A program made the translations under genes and the position numbers. DNA of 64,000 bases from Candidatus Saccharimonadales bacterium (GTDB taxonomy: Bacteria > Patescibacteriota > Saccharimonadia > UBA4664 > SCTI01), in contig DATIII010000008.1 of the NCBI GenBank assembly GCA_035479795.1, positions 94,487 to 158,486 on the forward strand, given 5' to 3'. This document shows, one piece after another, positions 49,003 through 60,712 of the stretch. How positions within the stretch are numbered: position 1 is the stretch's first letter; every line of letters starts with the position of its first letter. The notes beneath the pieces are model-generated. The model made no database searches, was not told the origin of the DNA, and saw only the letters and a program-made list of their open reading frames with translations.

Positions 49003-49526
49003 TTGGCGGCCCTGGCAATCGATTCTTTAATAACCTGCTTGGCCTCGGCCGCATCCCCCCAGCCCAAAACCTTGGTTGAGCCTTGCTGCTTTAAATCCTT
49101 GTAGTGATTAAAGTGGTGCTCAATCTTTTGCTTCCAAGCAGGGTGTAAATCATCCATCGACTGGATCGTGTCACCGACATTGCGGTCATCCAGTGGTACG
49201 CAAATAATCTTATGGTCGGCGTCACCACCGTCATCAAAATTCATAATGCCGAGCACCTTGGCCTGCAGATAAACTCCCGTAGGCAAAGGCTCGTTGGTGA
49301 TAATCAGGGCGTCGAGCTCGTCTCCGTCGTCGTCCAGAGTACGCGGAATAAAACCGTAATTGACCGGCTTGGCAAAGATACTCGGCTCCACCCGATCAAG
49401 CTCAAAACAGGCCAGCTCACGGTTCCACTCGATCTTCAGTGTCGACCATTTAGGGATCTCCACCACCGTATTGATGATGCCGTTTTGGTAATCTCCAGCG
49501 TCTAATATTTTGTTAAAATCAGGCAT
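48999..49526 (-). CDS. ppa: inorganic pyrophosphatase (family I)
   Basis: VEIP, NYGFIPRT, DGDELD and DHKII motifs. Confidence 0.94.
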   Translation of the reverse strand: MPDFNKILDAGDYQNGIINTVVEIPKWSTLKIEWNRELACFELDRVEPSIFAKPVNYGFIPRTLDDDGDELDALIITNEPLPTGVYLQAKVLGIMNFDDGGDADHKIICVPLDDRNVGDTIQSMDDLHPAWKQKIEHHFNHYKDLKQQGSTKVLGWGDAAEAKQVIKESIARAAK

Positions 49527-49534
49527 TCCTTCTC

Positions 49535-49960
49535 CTATTCCGTCACCGTTACCGTGGCGTGCATGGACGACATCGAGGCATGTGGTACACAGTAATATTT
49601 GTAAGTCCCAGCCGTATCAAAGCTAAAGCTGTAAGTCTCACCCTTACCGAGCAGTGGGCTGCTTAATCCCTTCTGGGGCGAATCATCCTCGCTGACGATA
49701 TCGTGCCGTACGCTGTCTTGGTTAGTCCACGTTACCCTAGTACCCTTTTTAACCGTTAGAGTTTGGGGCATGAAGGTAAAGTTTTCTATGCTAACCGCCT
49801 GAGCAGTGGCGGATGGAGACTGGCTTTGCTCGGCTTTTTGACTTTTCTGGCTGGAGTTACCAGCTGTGCTAGAAGGACTTTGAGCCGGACGCGCCAACAT
49901 CATAAAGGCCACAAAACCAATAACTACGACTCCAATAACTCCGATTATCCAATTCCGCAT
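49535..49960 (-). CDS. exported cupredoxin (plastocyanin/amicyanin-like)
   Basis: WTNQDSVRHDI and YYCVPH...M type-1 Cu ligands. Confidence 0.9.
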   Translation of the reverse strand: MRNWIIGVIGVVVIGFVAFMMLARPAQSPSSTAGNSSQKSQKAEQSQSPSATAQAVSIENFTFMPQTLTVKKGTRVTWTNQDSVRHDIVSEDDSPQKGLSSPLLGKGETYSFSFDTAGTYKYYCVPHASMSSMHATVTVTE

Positions 49961-49972
49961 AGTTTCTCCTTA

Positions 49973-50007
49973 TTTCGACTTTCGACTTTCGACTTTCGAC
50001 TTTCGAC
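49973..50007. repeat. perfect tandem repeat (TTTCGAC)5
   Basis: Directly visible; between the -10 box and SD of the cupredoxin gene. Confidence 0.9.
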
Positions 50008-50049
50008 TTATAATATTGTACCTTGGCAGCGCCAAAATCCAAGCTCTAG

Positions 50050-50988
50050 CTACTTTGCCACGTGATGAGGTGCCAGATAGTGACGGATTGATAAGGCCGC
50101 ACTGACCCCTTCACCGACGGCGCTGGCAATCTGCCCAATACTGCCAGCACAGACGTCCCCGGCGGCGTAGACTCCTGGTAGTGATGTGGCGAAGTCGTTG
50201 CCCACCTTCACCAGCCCTCTCTTATCGAGCTCGACGGCTCCGCCCAGCCAGCCGGTGTTGGGTAGCAGACCCACGAACACGAATACCCCATCAGTTTCGA
50301 GCTGACCCTTTGCCTTCGTGGCGTTATCAACCGTTTCCACACCCGACACTTTATGCCCTTCGGCCAATATTTTAGTAATCGAAGTATTGAATTTAACTTC
50401 TACATTGGGCAGTTTCTGAATCTGTTCAACCAGCACCTCGGCGCCCCGAAATTCACTGCCTCTCACGAGCATGGTAATGTGGCTGGCGAACTTAGCCAAA
50501 AACAATGTTTCTTGGAGAGCGGTGTTACCGCCTCCCACCGTTACCAGGCGCTTGCCCCGGTAGAGCGGACCATCACAGGTGGCGCAGTAATGCACCCCCC
50601 GTCCGCCGAGTTCCGTCTCGCCGGGCACTTCTAGGTGCTTGTAAGATGAGCCGGTGGCGATCAAAACGCTCTTGGCCAGGACGGGATCGCTATTAGTTTT
50701 TAAGGTTAACAGCTCATCGGAACGTTCAAGGCCGGCAACATCAACTCCAGTGCGAATTTCGGCTCCGAAACGTTCGGCCTGTTTGCGCATCAAATCGGAA
50801 AGTTCCAGGCCGCCGATGCCCTCTGGGAAACCCGGATAATTATCGACGATTTCGGTGGTGGCAATCAGACCACCAATCACACCATGATCAAGTACCACCG
50901 TTTCGAGGTCTTCGCGGGTGGTATACACGGCCGCGGACAGTCCGGTGGGGCCAGCGCCGACAACGGCTACATCGTAGATCTTGGCCAT
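50050..50988 (-). CDS. trxB: thioredoxin reductase
   Basis: GAGPTG, HYCATCDG, GGGNTA and AAGD motifs. Confidence 0.93.
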   Translation of the reverse strand: MAKIYDVAVVGAGPTGLSAAVYTTREDLETVVLDHGVIGGLIATTEIVDNYPGFPEGIGGLELSDLMRKQAERFGAEIRTGVDVAGLERSDELLTLKTNSDPVLAKSVLIATGSSYKHLEVPGETELGGRGVHYCATCDGPLYRGKRLVTVGGGNTALQETLFLAKFASHITMLVRGSEFRGAEVLVEQIQKLPNVEVKFNTSITKILAEGHKVSGVETVDNATKAKGQLETDGVFVFVGLLPNTGWLGGAVELDKRGLVKVGNDFATSLPGVYAAGDVCAGSIGQIASAVGEGVSAALSIRHYLAPHHVAK

Positions 50989-51245
50989 CAGATCCCCAGG
51001 GCGTGAGCCAGGCGCGGCTGGTCAAAGCCAAGAATATGTTCCTCGGTGTCATCAGCCTTTTTGACTACTGTAAAAGGCACTCCCATTTGGCCGCTTAAAT
51101 TTATAAATTCCTCGGCCGCCTGAGCATCGGTATCCACCCGCACTTCATCAAACTTGATGTCGTGTTGCTTTAAAAATTCCTTTTCGGCATGGCAGTAGGC
51201 ACAGACGCCGGTGGTGTACATAGTGACACTTTTGATTTTGGACAT
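50988..51245 (-). CDS. glutaredoxin/NrdH-like protein
   Basis: CAYC active site and SGQMGVP; start MSKIK. Confidence 0.9.
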   Translation of the reverse strand: MSKIKSVTMYTTGVCAYCHAEKEFLKQHDIKFDEVRVDTDAQAAEEFINLSGQMGVPFTVVKKADDTEEHILGFDQPRLAHALGI

Positions 51246-51304
51246 TGATTTCTCCCCTTTTGTGTTGATTATACCTATCCCAGCCACGACTGGCCAGTAA
51301 ATGC

Positions 51305-51448
51305 TTATGCTTTACGCCCAGCTAGTTGATTGTAGATAAACGCAACCAGTGCCACGACCAGCAATATATGTATCAGGCCGCCGCCTATATGCACGAACAA
51401 GCCAAGCAGCCAGAGGATTAACAGTATGCCCACAATTGTCATTATCAT
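51305..51448 (-). CDS. lmo0937/DUF5670-family small membrane protein (not in ORF track)
   Basis: MIMTIVGILLILWLLGLFVHIGGGLIHILLVVALVAFIYNQLAGRKA; SD GGAG. Confidence 0.85.
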   Translation of the reverse strand: MIMTIVGILLILWLLGLFVHIGGGLIHILLVVALVAFIYNQLAGRKA

Positions 51449-51517
51449 TATTCCATCTCCTTAAATCTTAATCCTAAAATTCTTAACCCTAAGAAGCTTT
51501 AGGCAGTTTTCCAAAAA

Positions 51518-52615
51518 CTAGTCGTGGACCATCTGAGCACCTACAAGATGCGCCGCCACATCTGCCAGCGCGGCTTCGGCCTTGGCATCTAAGTTCAAAC
51601 TTTTAAGATTATTCAAAGCCGTTCGGAGATAATCGTTTATCATCTCATGAGCTGCCTGTTTGGCACCGCAGCCTACAATCAGCTCTTGCAGATTTTCCAC
51701 TTCTGACTTTTTTAGCGGGCGCCCAATGCCCAGTTTACCAGCCAGCTCCTCACGATCCTTGCCGTCCAGTTTCTCCAGCGCTAGCATAATCGGGATCGTC
51801 GGCTTACCCTCAACGACATCACCCATCACCTGCTTCCAATCAGTCTCATCGCTAAACAGATCAGAAAGGTCATTGTGGAGCTGAAATGCTAGCCCCAGCG
51901 GCACCGCCACTTCCTCCCACTTTGAAGCCTCGACTTGGCTGGCTCCGGCCAGGATGGCCCCAAGTTTGAGCGGGGCGATAAATGTATAGCTGGCGGTTTT
52001 GTAGCGGTTAATCTTGTTGAGTTGGTCAATCGATGGCTGCGGACCGTCGGGGCGCAGCCACATTAAATCAAGCTGTTGGCCGGCAGCCACTTCGGTAAAT
52101 ATCAGACGATTAAAGACTTTAAGTAGCTCTAGACGAATCTTATCTGGCATCGCTGCCTGCAATATTGGTTCGCTAGCCAGCCCGGCCACTACATCGCCGG
52201 CCACGATTGCTAAACTGTCGCCATAATGAGCTGCCTCGCCAGAAATCATTTTGTCTTCAGCTTGACGGCGATAAATAGCATTAATCGTCGGGTGGCCATG
52301 GCGCACATCATCGCGGTCCATGACATCATCATGAATAAGCAGAAATAGGTGGTACAACTCCTGGCTCAGTGCCACGTCCAAAATCAGCTCTTCATCGCGG
52401 CCGCCATGAGCCCGATAAGCTACATAGGCCAGGTAGGGCCGTAGTCGCTTGCCATCGGACGCAATACTTGCAATGTAACCCAACATTTCACCATACAGTG
52501 GGTCCAGCACGGTGGCCTCTGATATTTTTAACTCAAAAAAGTTAGCGACCCGCTGATCAATAGCTTGTTTAACCTGTTTTGGGGTTTTTATTTCGGCCGA
52601 GGCGGCGGTTTTCAT
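51518..52615 (-). CDS. polyprenyl diphosphate synthase
   Basis: GKRLRP, LIHDDVMD..RHG, GQQLDL, KTASY; second motif FQLHNDLSD. Confidence 0.92.
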   Translation of the reverse strand: MKTAASAEIKTPKQVKQAIDQRVANFFELKISEATVLDPLYGEMLGYIASIASDGKRLRPYLAYVAYRAHGGRDEELILDVALSQELYHLFLLIHDDVMDRDDVRHGHPTINAIYRRQAEDKMISGEAAHYGDSLAIVAGDVVAGLASEPILQAAMPDKIRLELLKVFNRLIFTEVAAGQQLDLMWLRPDGPQPSIDQLNKINRYKTASYTFIAPLKLGAILAGASQVEASKWEEVAVPLGLAFQLHNDLSDLFSDETDWKQVMGDVVEGKPTIPIMLALEKLDGKDREELAGKLGIGRPLKKSEVENLQELIVGCGAKQAAHEMINDYLRTALNNLKSLNLDAKAEAALADVAAHLVGAQMVHD

Positions 52616-52651
52616 GCGTACAACTATACTCCGAGAGATGATGGTTACAAG

Positions 52652-53020
52652 CTATTTCTTCAGCAGCGTTTGAATTTTTGCGGCCAGCTCTGATGGTGTG
52701 GTGGTGACCTTAACAATATATTCGGTGATGCCCAGCGACTTGGCCTCATCCATAACCCGAGGCGAATCGATATTAGTAAATACCAAGATCTTCATATCCG
52801 GGAAGCGCTGACTCACCTTTTCCTGCTTCAGAAACTCGACTCCGGAAATACCTGGCATTAATAAATCCAAAACCATGACATCAGGAGTATCAGCTTGCAG
52901 CTGCTTGGCGGCTTCTTCGGCATTTCCGGCAATCATCATTTGATACCCGGCATGGGTCAGACCGTGAGCAAAGGCGTTTCGGATGTCGGCGTCGTCTTCG
53001 ACTATGAGAACTTTGGCCAT
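52652..53020 (-). CDS. single-domain response regulator
   Basis: IVEDD, VLDLLMPG and YIVK. Confidence 0.92.
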   Translation of the reverse strand: MAKVLIVEDDADIRNAFAHGLTHAGYQMMIAGNAEEAAKQLQADTPDVMVLDLLMPGISGVEFLKQEKVSQRFPDMKILVFTNIDSPRVMDEAKSLGITEYIVKVTTTPSELAAKIQTLLKK

Positions 53021-53091
53021 AACGTAACGATTATACTAAATAAAAGACCCCGCCGCAGCGGGACCTTTTATTGGTCATGCCGCGGAGGGGG

Positions 53092-53703
53092 CTAGCTGTA
53101 CTCGGCAGCGCTCAGCTCGAGCTCGATCTGATTGAGATGGCGCTGTAAGCGCTGCAAGGTCAGGTCCAGCGGCTCCTCAATGCAGCCCTCGAGCTGCTCA
53201 AGAGCGTCCTTCAGCTGTCGCCTACGAAGGTGGACTTCCCTGAGGGCGAGTTCTTCCGGAGAGCCGCCTTTGGTTATATAGCTCAGCACACGCTCCCGGA
53301 TCTTCTCGGGGGTTGCCTGTTGGTTGTAAAGAATTCGAGCCGCCACGCCCCCGTTTTCGTGCACCAGTCCGAGCAGGATGTGTTCGGGGCCGATGTAGTT
53401 GTGGCCCAGGATGAGAGCCTCGCGTAATGCCAGCTCAATCACCTTTTTTGACCTTGGAGTGAGCGCAATTTCTCGGCCCGGCTCCGAAGGCTCCGTACGA
53501 CCGGCGATGCCCTCAACCTCCAGACGAACATGACTGAGCTCGACATCAAGCTCGCGCAAGACCCGGGCCGCCAGACCCTGTTCTTCGAGAAACAAGCCAA
53601 GCAGAATGTGCTCAGTACCGACGTAGTTGTGCTTCAGCCTCTCGGCCTCCTGCTTTGCCAGGACTATGACCTGACGGGCCCGCTCGGTAAACCTTTCAAA
53701 CAT
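53092..53703 (-). CDS. stand-alone Clp N-terminal (double Clp-R) domain protein
   Basis: MFERFTERARQV, HNYVGTEHILLGL, HNYIGPEHILLGL; short coiled-coil tail and no AAA+ module. Confidence 0.9.
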   Translation of the reverse strand: MFERFTERARQVIVLAKQEAERLKHNYVGTEHILLGLFLEEQGLAARVLRELDVELSHVRLEVEGIAGRTEPSEPGREIALTPRSKKVIELALREALILGHNYIGPEHILLGLVHENGGVAARILYNQQATPEKIRERVLSYITKGGSPEELALREVHLRRRQLKDALEQLEGCIEEPLDLTLQRLQRHLNQIELELSAAEYS

Positions 53704-53804
53704 GATGACCTCCTGGTCACGCGCTAGTCCGTTTAGACTTAAGAAGGACAATACCACTTTTTTTATTTTTTTCAAGACTTGGAGATTAGGTTTATAATAA
53801 TCTG

Positions 53805-54788
53805 ATGAAAAAGATTCCGATTACCGCAATCACGGGCTTTTTGGGCTCCGGCAAAACCACCCTGCTCAATCACATTCTGACCAATAATCAGGGCTTAAAA
53901 ATTGGCGTGGTGGTGAATGACTACGGCGACATCAATATCGACCAGAAATTGGTGGCCGGACAGACCGATAAAACCCTCGAGCTGACTAATGGCTGCATTT
54001 GCTGCAGCCTGGGGACTCTTGAGCTGGATGAAGCCATCGGCCAGTTTGCCTACCCTGGCAGCGATATCGATTACATTGTGATCGAGGCTAGCGGCTTGGC
54101 TGAACCGGCCGACTTAGCGCTGACCCTACGCGAAGCCAGCGGCCGTCACACCCGGCTCGACAGCATCGTGACCGTGCTGGATGCAGCCAATCTAGAAAGT
54201 AACGCCGAGGCTCATACCACCGCCCTGCAGCAAATCGAGTACAGTGACTTTGTAATCATTAATAAGACGGATCTGGTTGATAGGGAAAAAATTGATCAGA
54301 TCAAAATGTTAATAACCGGTATAAACAATCGTGCCCGTATTTTCACAACTGACCATTCCCAGATAGATGTCCGGCTACTTCTCGACAAGGATGCCCACGA
54401 TCTAGACTTCAAAATCGAACATAATCACACCAAACACCTCCACGATGATTACCAAACTGTCAGTTTTTCTTCCGACCAGCCACTAGATCCGGTGGCCTTC
54501 CAGCAATTCGTGAATGACCAAATTCCGCCGGAGGTCTACCGAGCCAAGGGCTTTGTGAATCTGGGCAAAAAGGGGCATCGTCGCAAATATATCTTCCAGC
54601 TGGTTGGTAAACGAGCCGATTTAAGCTGGACAGACTGGGGCGAGGAAAAGCCGCAAACCCAGCTGGTCTTTATCGGCCGAGATTTTAATCAAAAACAGTT
54701 AATAGCCAATCTTGAGTCGGCCATCGATAAACAGTCGGATAAGTACGACCCGGATCAGCAGGTAGTCTTACCTAAGCACCGGAGTTAG
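53805..54788 (+). CDS. COG0523/CobW-family metal-binding GTPase
   Basis: GFLGSGKTT, GCICC, EASG, NKTD and YRAKG motifs. Confidence 0.93.
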   Translation: MKKIPITAITGFLGSGKTTLLNHILTNNQGLKIGVVVNDYGDINIDQKLVAGQTDKTLELTNGCICCSLGTLELDEAIGQFAYPGSDIDYIVIEASGLAEPADLALTLREASGRHTRLDSIVTVLDAANLESNAEAHTTALQQIEYSDFVIINKTDLVDREKIDQIKMLITGINNRARIFTTDHSQIDVRLLLDKDAHDLDFKIEHNHTKHLHDDYQTVSFSSDQPLDPVAFQQFVNDQIPPEVYRAKGFVNLGKKGHRRKYIFQLVGKRADLSWTDWGEEKPQTQLVFIGRDFNQKQLIANLESAIDKQSDKYDPDQQVVLPKHRS

Positions 54789-54797
54789 CAGAGCCCG

Positions 54798-55358
54798 TCA
54801 AACGACGGGCTCTTTAGGGCGGCTGGTCATGTAGCGACCGTTGATACCTGGGCGACGAGCGGCCAAGGCGTCTTCAATGTTGTAGTCGAGGCGTTCAAGA
54901 GTGATCATCGGCGACACCCAAAACTCCAGGCCGGCGAAATCGTCGGATCCCAGGTAGTGCGCAGCGCGGGGTCGCAAGACTCGCAGATCATCAATCCGCT
55001 CGACGAGAAAGTGCTTACCGTCCTGATCCAGCGGGAAGGCGTAGGCGAACAACATCTGGGCCATGTCGTCGCGCAGGCTGTACTCGACGACCCGGTTATC
55101 TTCACAGGCGCCGACGAAGAAGCCTTGAGAACCGGACAGCAGGCAGGGGTGGTTTGACCGCAGTACCCGAAAAGCCTTCGGGATGCGCTCGACCTCGAGG
55201 ATCAGGCGGCAGTAGACCCCATCTACCACGCCGGCGATGTAAAAGCTGGTGAAGGGCTTGATGGTCTCCAGATCAACCTTGACCTTCGGAATGCCCAGCA
55301 CATAGGCCAGCTCGTGTGGCCTGGGGCGCTCCAGCCCCAGCAGTTTCTTGAAATTCAT
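54798..55358 (-). CDS. hypothetical protein (GC-rich cassette)
   Basis: SD AAGGAG before MNFKK. Confidence 0.65.
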   Translation of the reverse strand: MNFKKLLGLERPRPHELAYVLGIPKVKVDLETIKPFTSFYIAGVVDGVYCRLILEVERIPKAFRVLRSNHPCLLSGSQGFFVGACEDNRVVEYSLRDDMAQMLFAYAFPLDQDGKHFLVERIDDLRVLRPRAAHYLGSDDFAGLEFWVSPMITLERLDYNIEDALAARRPGINGRYMTSRPKEPVV

Positions 55359-55454
55359 GGTGCTCCTTGCATCGGACGCAGGTGAACCCATTCTTAGCCT
55401 TTGCCAAACAAAAAACAAGAGGCCACAAGAGACCTCTTGTTTTTAGAAACTACT

Positions 55455-55853
55455 TTATTGTGGCCAGATAGCCAGCAAAGCTCCGTTGATGACGAGGACT
55501 ACCAGGAAGTAGCCGACGTTGATGTAGTACAGCTTCTTCGGCCGGCTTTCAAAAATATAGCTGGTGGCGTAGGTGGTAGCCACAAAACCAAGCCATACTA
55601 GAAATCCAACCTTGGCACCCAGCCACAAGCTGTCGGCACCCCGCCAGTGGACCAGCAGGCCCAAAATCCAGGCCTGAACCAACGCACCGACGGTAGTCAG
55701 GGCGTAGCCCTGGCCGCCTCCGCTCATGTCTTCCATCTTTTTGCCAACCGCCTTCGACCAGGCTTCGGCAAATAAGGCCTTCGAATACCACAAGTATCCG
55801 ACAACCATATTAATGGCGGCTGCTACGATCACCGCCCAAATACTTACGTCCAT
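55455..55853 (-). CDS. DUF1761 family membrane protein
   Basis: GYLWYSKALF...W, WLGF and FESRP...INVGY motifs. Confidence 0.9.
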   Translation of the reverse strand: MDVSIWAVIVAAAINMVVGYLWYSKALFAEAWSKAVGKKMEDMSGGGQGYALTTVGALVQAWILGLLVHWRGADSLWLGAKVGFLVWLGFVATTYATSYIFESRPKKLYYINVGYFLVVLVINGALLAIWPQ

Positions 55854-55967
55854 TATTATTCCTCCTTTTATGGCTAGCGTACGCCTAAAAATACATGTTG
55901 TCCACGATTATTAACGTTTTGTGTCGACTGGTAGCCAACCCCAAACACGACTATAATGGCCGCCATG

Positions 55968-56333
55968 AGTTTAAACCCAGAATTAGTCAGGCAATTCCAA
56001 AGCTTTGTTGAGGATTTTATGAGCCAAACCGCTGTTACCAAAGTAGATGGTGACTACTTTGATCTCCCCGGCACCGTCGTCTATACCCAGGCTAAAAAAT
56101 CCCTGCCGGAAAAAGGCCGACTGGAGATTAATGTATCCGACCCTAGCGTTCGCGATCGTTTCACCTGGAATGCCGAGATCACGCTCGACCGCCGGTCAAA
56201 CGATATTTTTAAACATATTTTGCTCAATGGCGACGGTAGCGTCGTCGAAACCTATGGAAAACGGGTTATTGAAGTCACCGATGAGACCGCTGCCGAACTA
56301 CTAAACCAATTGGCTACTGCCGCTAAGCTTTAG
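55968..56333 (+). CDS. hypothetical protein
   Basis: TATAAT 7 nt before the ATG of MSLNPE. Confidence 0.7.
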   Translation, partial: SLNPELVRQFQSFVEDFMSQTAVTKVDGDYFDLPGTVVYTQAKKSLPEKGRLEINVSDPSVRDRFTWNAEITLDRRSNDIFKHILLNGDGSVVETYGKRVIEVTDETAAELLNQLATAAKL

Positions 56334-57268
56334 CCAGAAAGCGGTTTGGCCCCGTATTTATTGGCGATGCGAGTGTGTAACCGACGACCATGGTGTCCGT
56401 AGCGATTGGCGATCAGAGCTGTCAGCCAGTAGGCAATAAACACATAGGCCACACCCACCATCGCATCAAACACATAGTGCTCGCCCATGTAAACGATGCC
56501 GATCCAGATGGCAATCGGATACCAGGCCAAAGCCAGCGCCCACTTCCAGCCAAAGGCGCGATTGACGAAGAGTACGATCATTAATGGGTAGGCCGAATGC
56601 AGCGAAGGTACAGCGGCCGTGAGATTGGGGCTGAGGTATTGATAGATAGTCGGAAAATTATGAACGCCCAGGGCCCACCAGACATCGCTTGAGATCTTGT
56701 GGATGGTTGGAATCAGATGCATTTCGGAAGCCATCCAGGGCGGTGCTGCTGGGAAGGCGATGTAGGTTAAGAAGCCGCCGTAGGAAAGAATGAGAAAGGC
56801 CAGCCCGTAGCGCAAATAATGCTGCGGTCGGTATTTCCAGATAAGAACCGCGGCAATCATGGGCGCCACAAAATGGCACATATAGAGCAGATAGAAGAAA
56901 AAGTCATACCAGACAGCGTGCCCTGAATACCACCATTGTTGAAGCACTACGGTGGGCAAGTGTCCGCCAAACAGCCACTTATCAAAATCAATCATTTCGG
57001 TGAAATGCACATGTTTAGATAGGAATGGCACCACGCCGCGCAGGCTGTCGTAAGCAAGCAAGGCTGCCACAAATGGGCCGAAGTTCACAAAAAATTGCCG
57101 GCCCTGGCCGTATAACAAGAAGAGGAAGAAAAACATGATGAAGAGTAGGTCCGGCGTCCAAAAAGCCCGCCAAAAAACTAAGATATAAACCATGCAGACG
57201 ATGTAGAAAAGTCGCATGCCGCGAACGGTCAGGGGGTGTTTTCCGAAGAAAGCCAGTTTATCGCGCAT
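56330..57268 (-). CDS. PAP2-superfamily (Aur1/IPC-synthase-like) membrane phosphotransferase
   Basis: FPAAPPW, AAVPSLH and GEHYVFD motifs; multiple TM. Confidence 0.88.
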   Translation of the reverse strand: MRDKLAFFGKHPLTVRGMRLFYIVCMVYILVFWRAFWTPDLLFIMFFFLFLLYGQGRQFFVNFGPFVAALLAYDSLRGVVPFLSKHVHFTEMIDFDKWLFGGHLPTVVLQQWWYSGHAVWYDFFFYLLYMCHFVAPMIAAVLIWKYRPQHYLRYGLAFLILSYGGFLTYIAFPAAPPWMASEMHLIPTIHKISSDVWWALGVHNFPTIYQYLSPNLTAAVPSLHSAYPLMIVLFVNRAFGWKWALALAWYPIAIWIGIVYMGEHYVFDAMVGVAYVFIAYWLTALIANRYGHHGRRLHTRIANKYGAKPLSG

Positions 57269-57328
57269 CGGCCGGAAGTGTCATTACACTATTATACCGC
57301 TTGTGCAGCTGAGGATCAGCTGAAGCCC

Positions 57329-58738
<1,410 letters not shown>

Positions 58739-58798
58739 TCAAGTTCCTCGTTGCAAAATGTGAACATACTCCGCCTTACTTCGTATGGCGGAGTTCTT

Positions 58799-59344
58799 TT
58801 ATAGCCTTTTGGCGTGCAAGACTGTAACTGATAAACCGAGTGTCACCAAACTCAGCAGCCAAGCCAAGGCGACCATTGTTTGTAGCTGGGCCTCGCGCTC
58901 TTCAACTTCCTTTAAACTGCGAGCCGCCAGCACAAAGCCGGGTTTTTTGCCATCGTGATGGGCAATGACCGCCGCTAACCTTACATTAGCCGTCGGCTGC
59001 CAAGTGATTCTTTCCTCTCCCACTTTGCGGGTGTTCGCAAAAACCCCGGCCGGTAGCTCCGGAGTTTTTCCGTCTAATTCGACATTTGAATCAACCACCT
59101 TGCCTTGATCATCGTAGATGATTGCAAAAGGCGTCAGACTTTTTGACGGGTCAATTTTGGGAACTTGGCCCAGTTCCACATCTGTGCCCTGAGTGATCTG
59201 ACCAGCCAAACCAATTACCATACTAGCCTGTGGGTCATTGGCATTTTGGCGATAATTCTGCTGTACCGCCGCATAGATGGTAACGAAAATGATAGTGATA
59301 ATGACGGCCTGGCCAAGCCAAAAGATAAGCTTTCGCATAAGCAT
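58799..59344 (-). CDS. two-TM protein with sensor-like extracellular domain
   Basis: QQNYRQNANDPQ, ITWQP and GFVLAARSL.EVE. Confidence 0.75.
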   Translation of the reverse strand: MLMRKLIFWLGQAVIITIIFVTIYAAVQQNYRQNANDPQASMVIGLAGQITQGTDVELGQVPKIDPSKSLTPFAIIYDDQGKVVDSNVELDGKTPELPAGVFANTRKVGEERITWQPTANVRLAAVIAHHDGKKPGFVLAARSLKEVEEREAQLQTMVALAWLLSLVTLGLSVTVLHAKRL

Positions 59345-59406
59345 ATTGTAAATCCTTAATACTCTAATGCCTAATGCCTAAGCACAAATATTTAGGATTT
59401 TTTAGC

Positions 59407-60609
<1,203 letters not shown>

Positions 60610-60712
60610 GAATACCTTTCTACAAATCTTTGATGAACAGCCAGATCTAAAGATTAGTAGGTATTCATCCGAGTTAATTTAAGGCTATTTTAACAGATTA
60701 TTAGCGGCCTGT

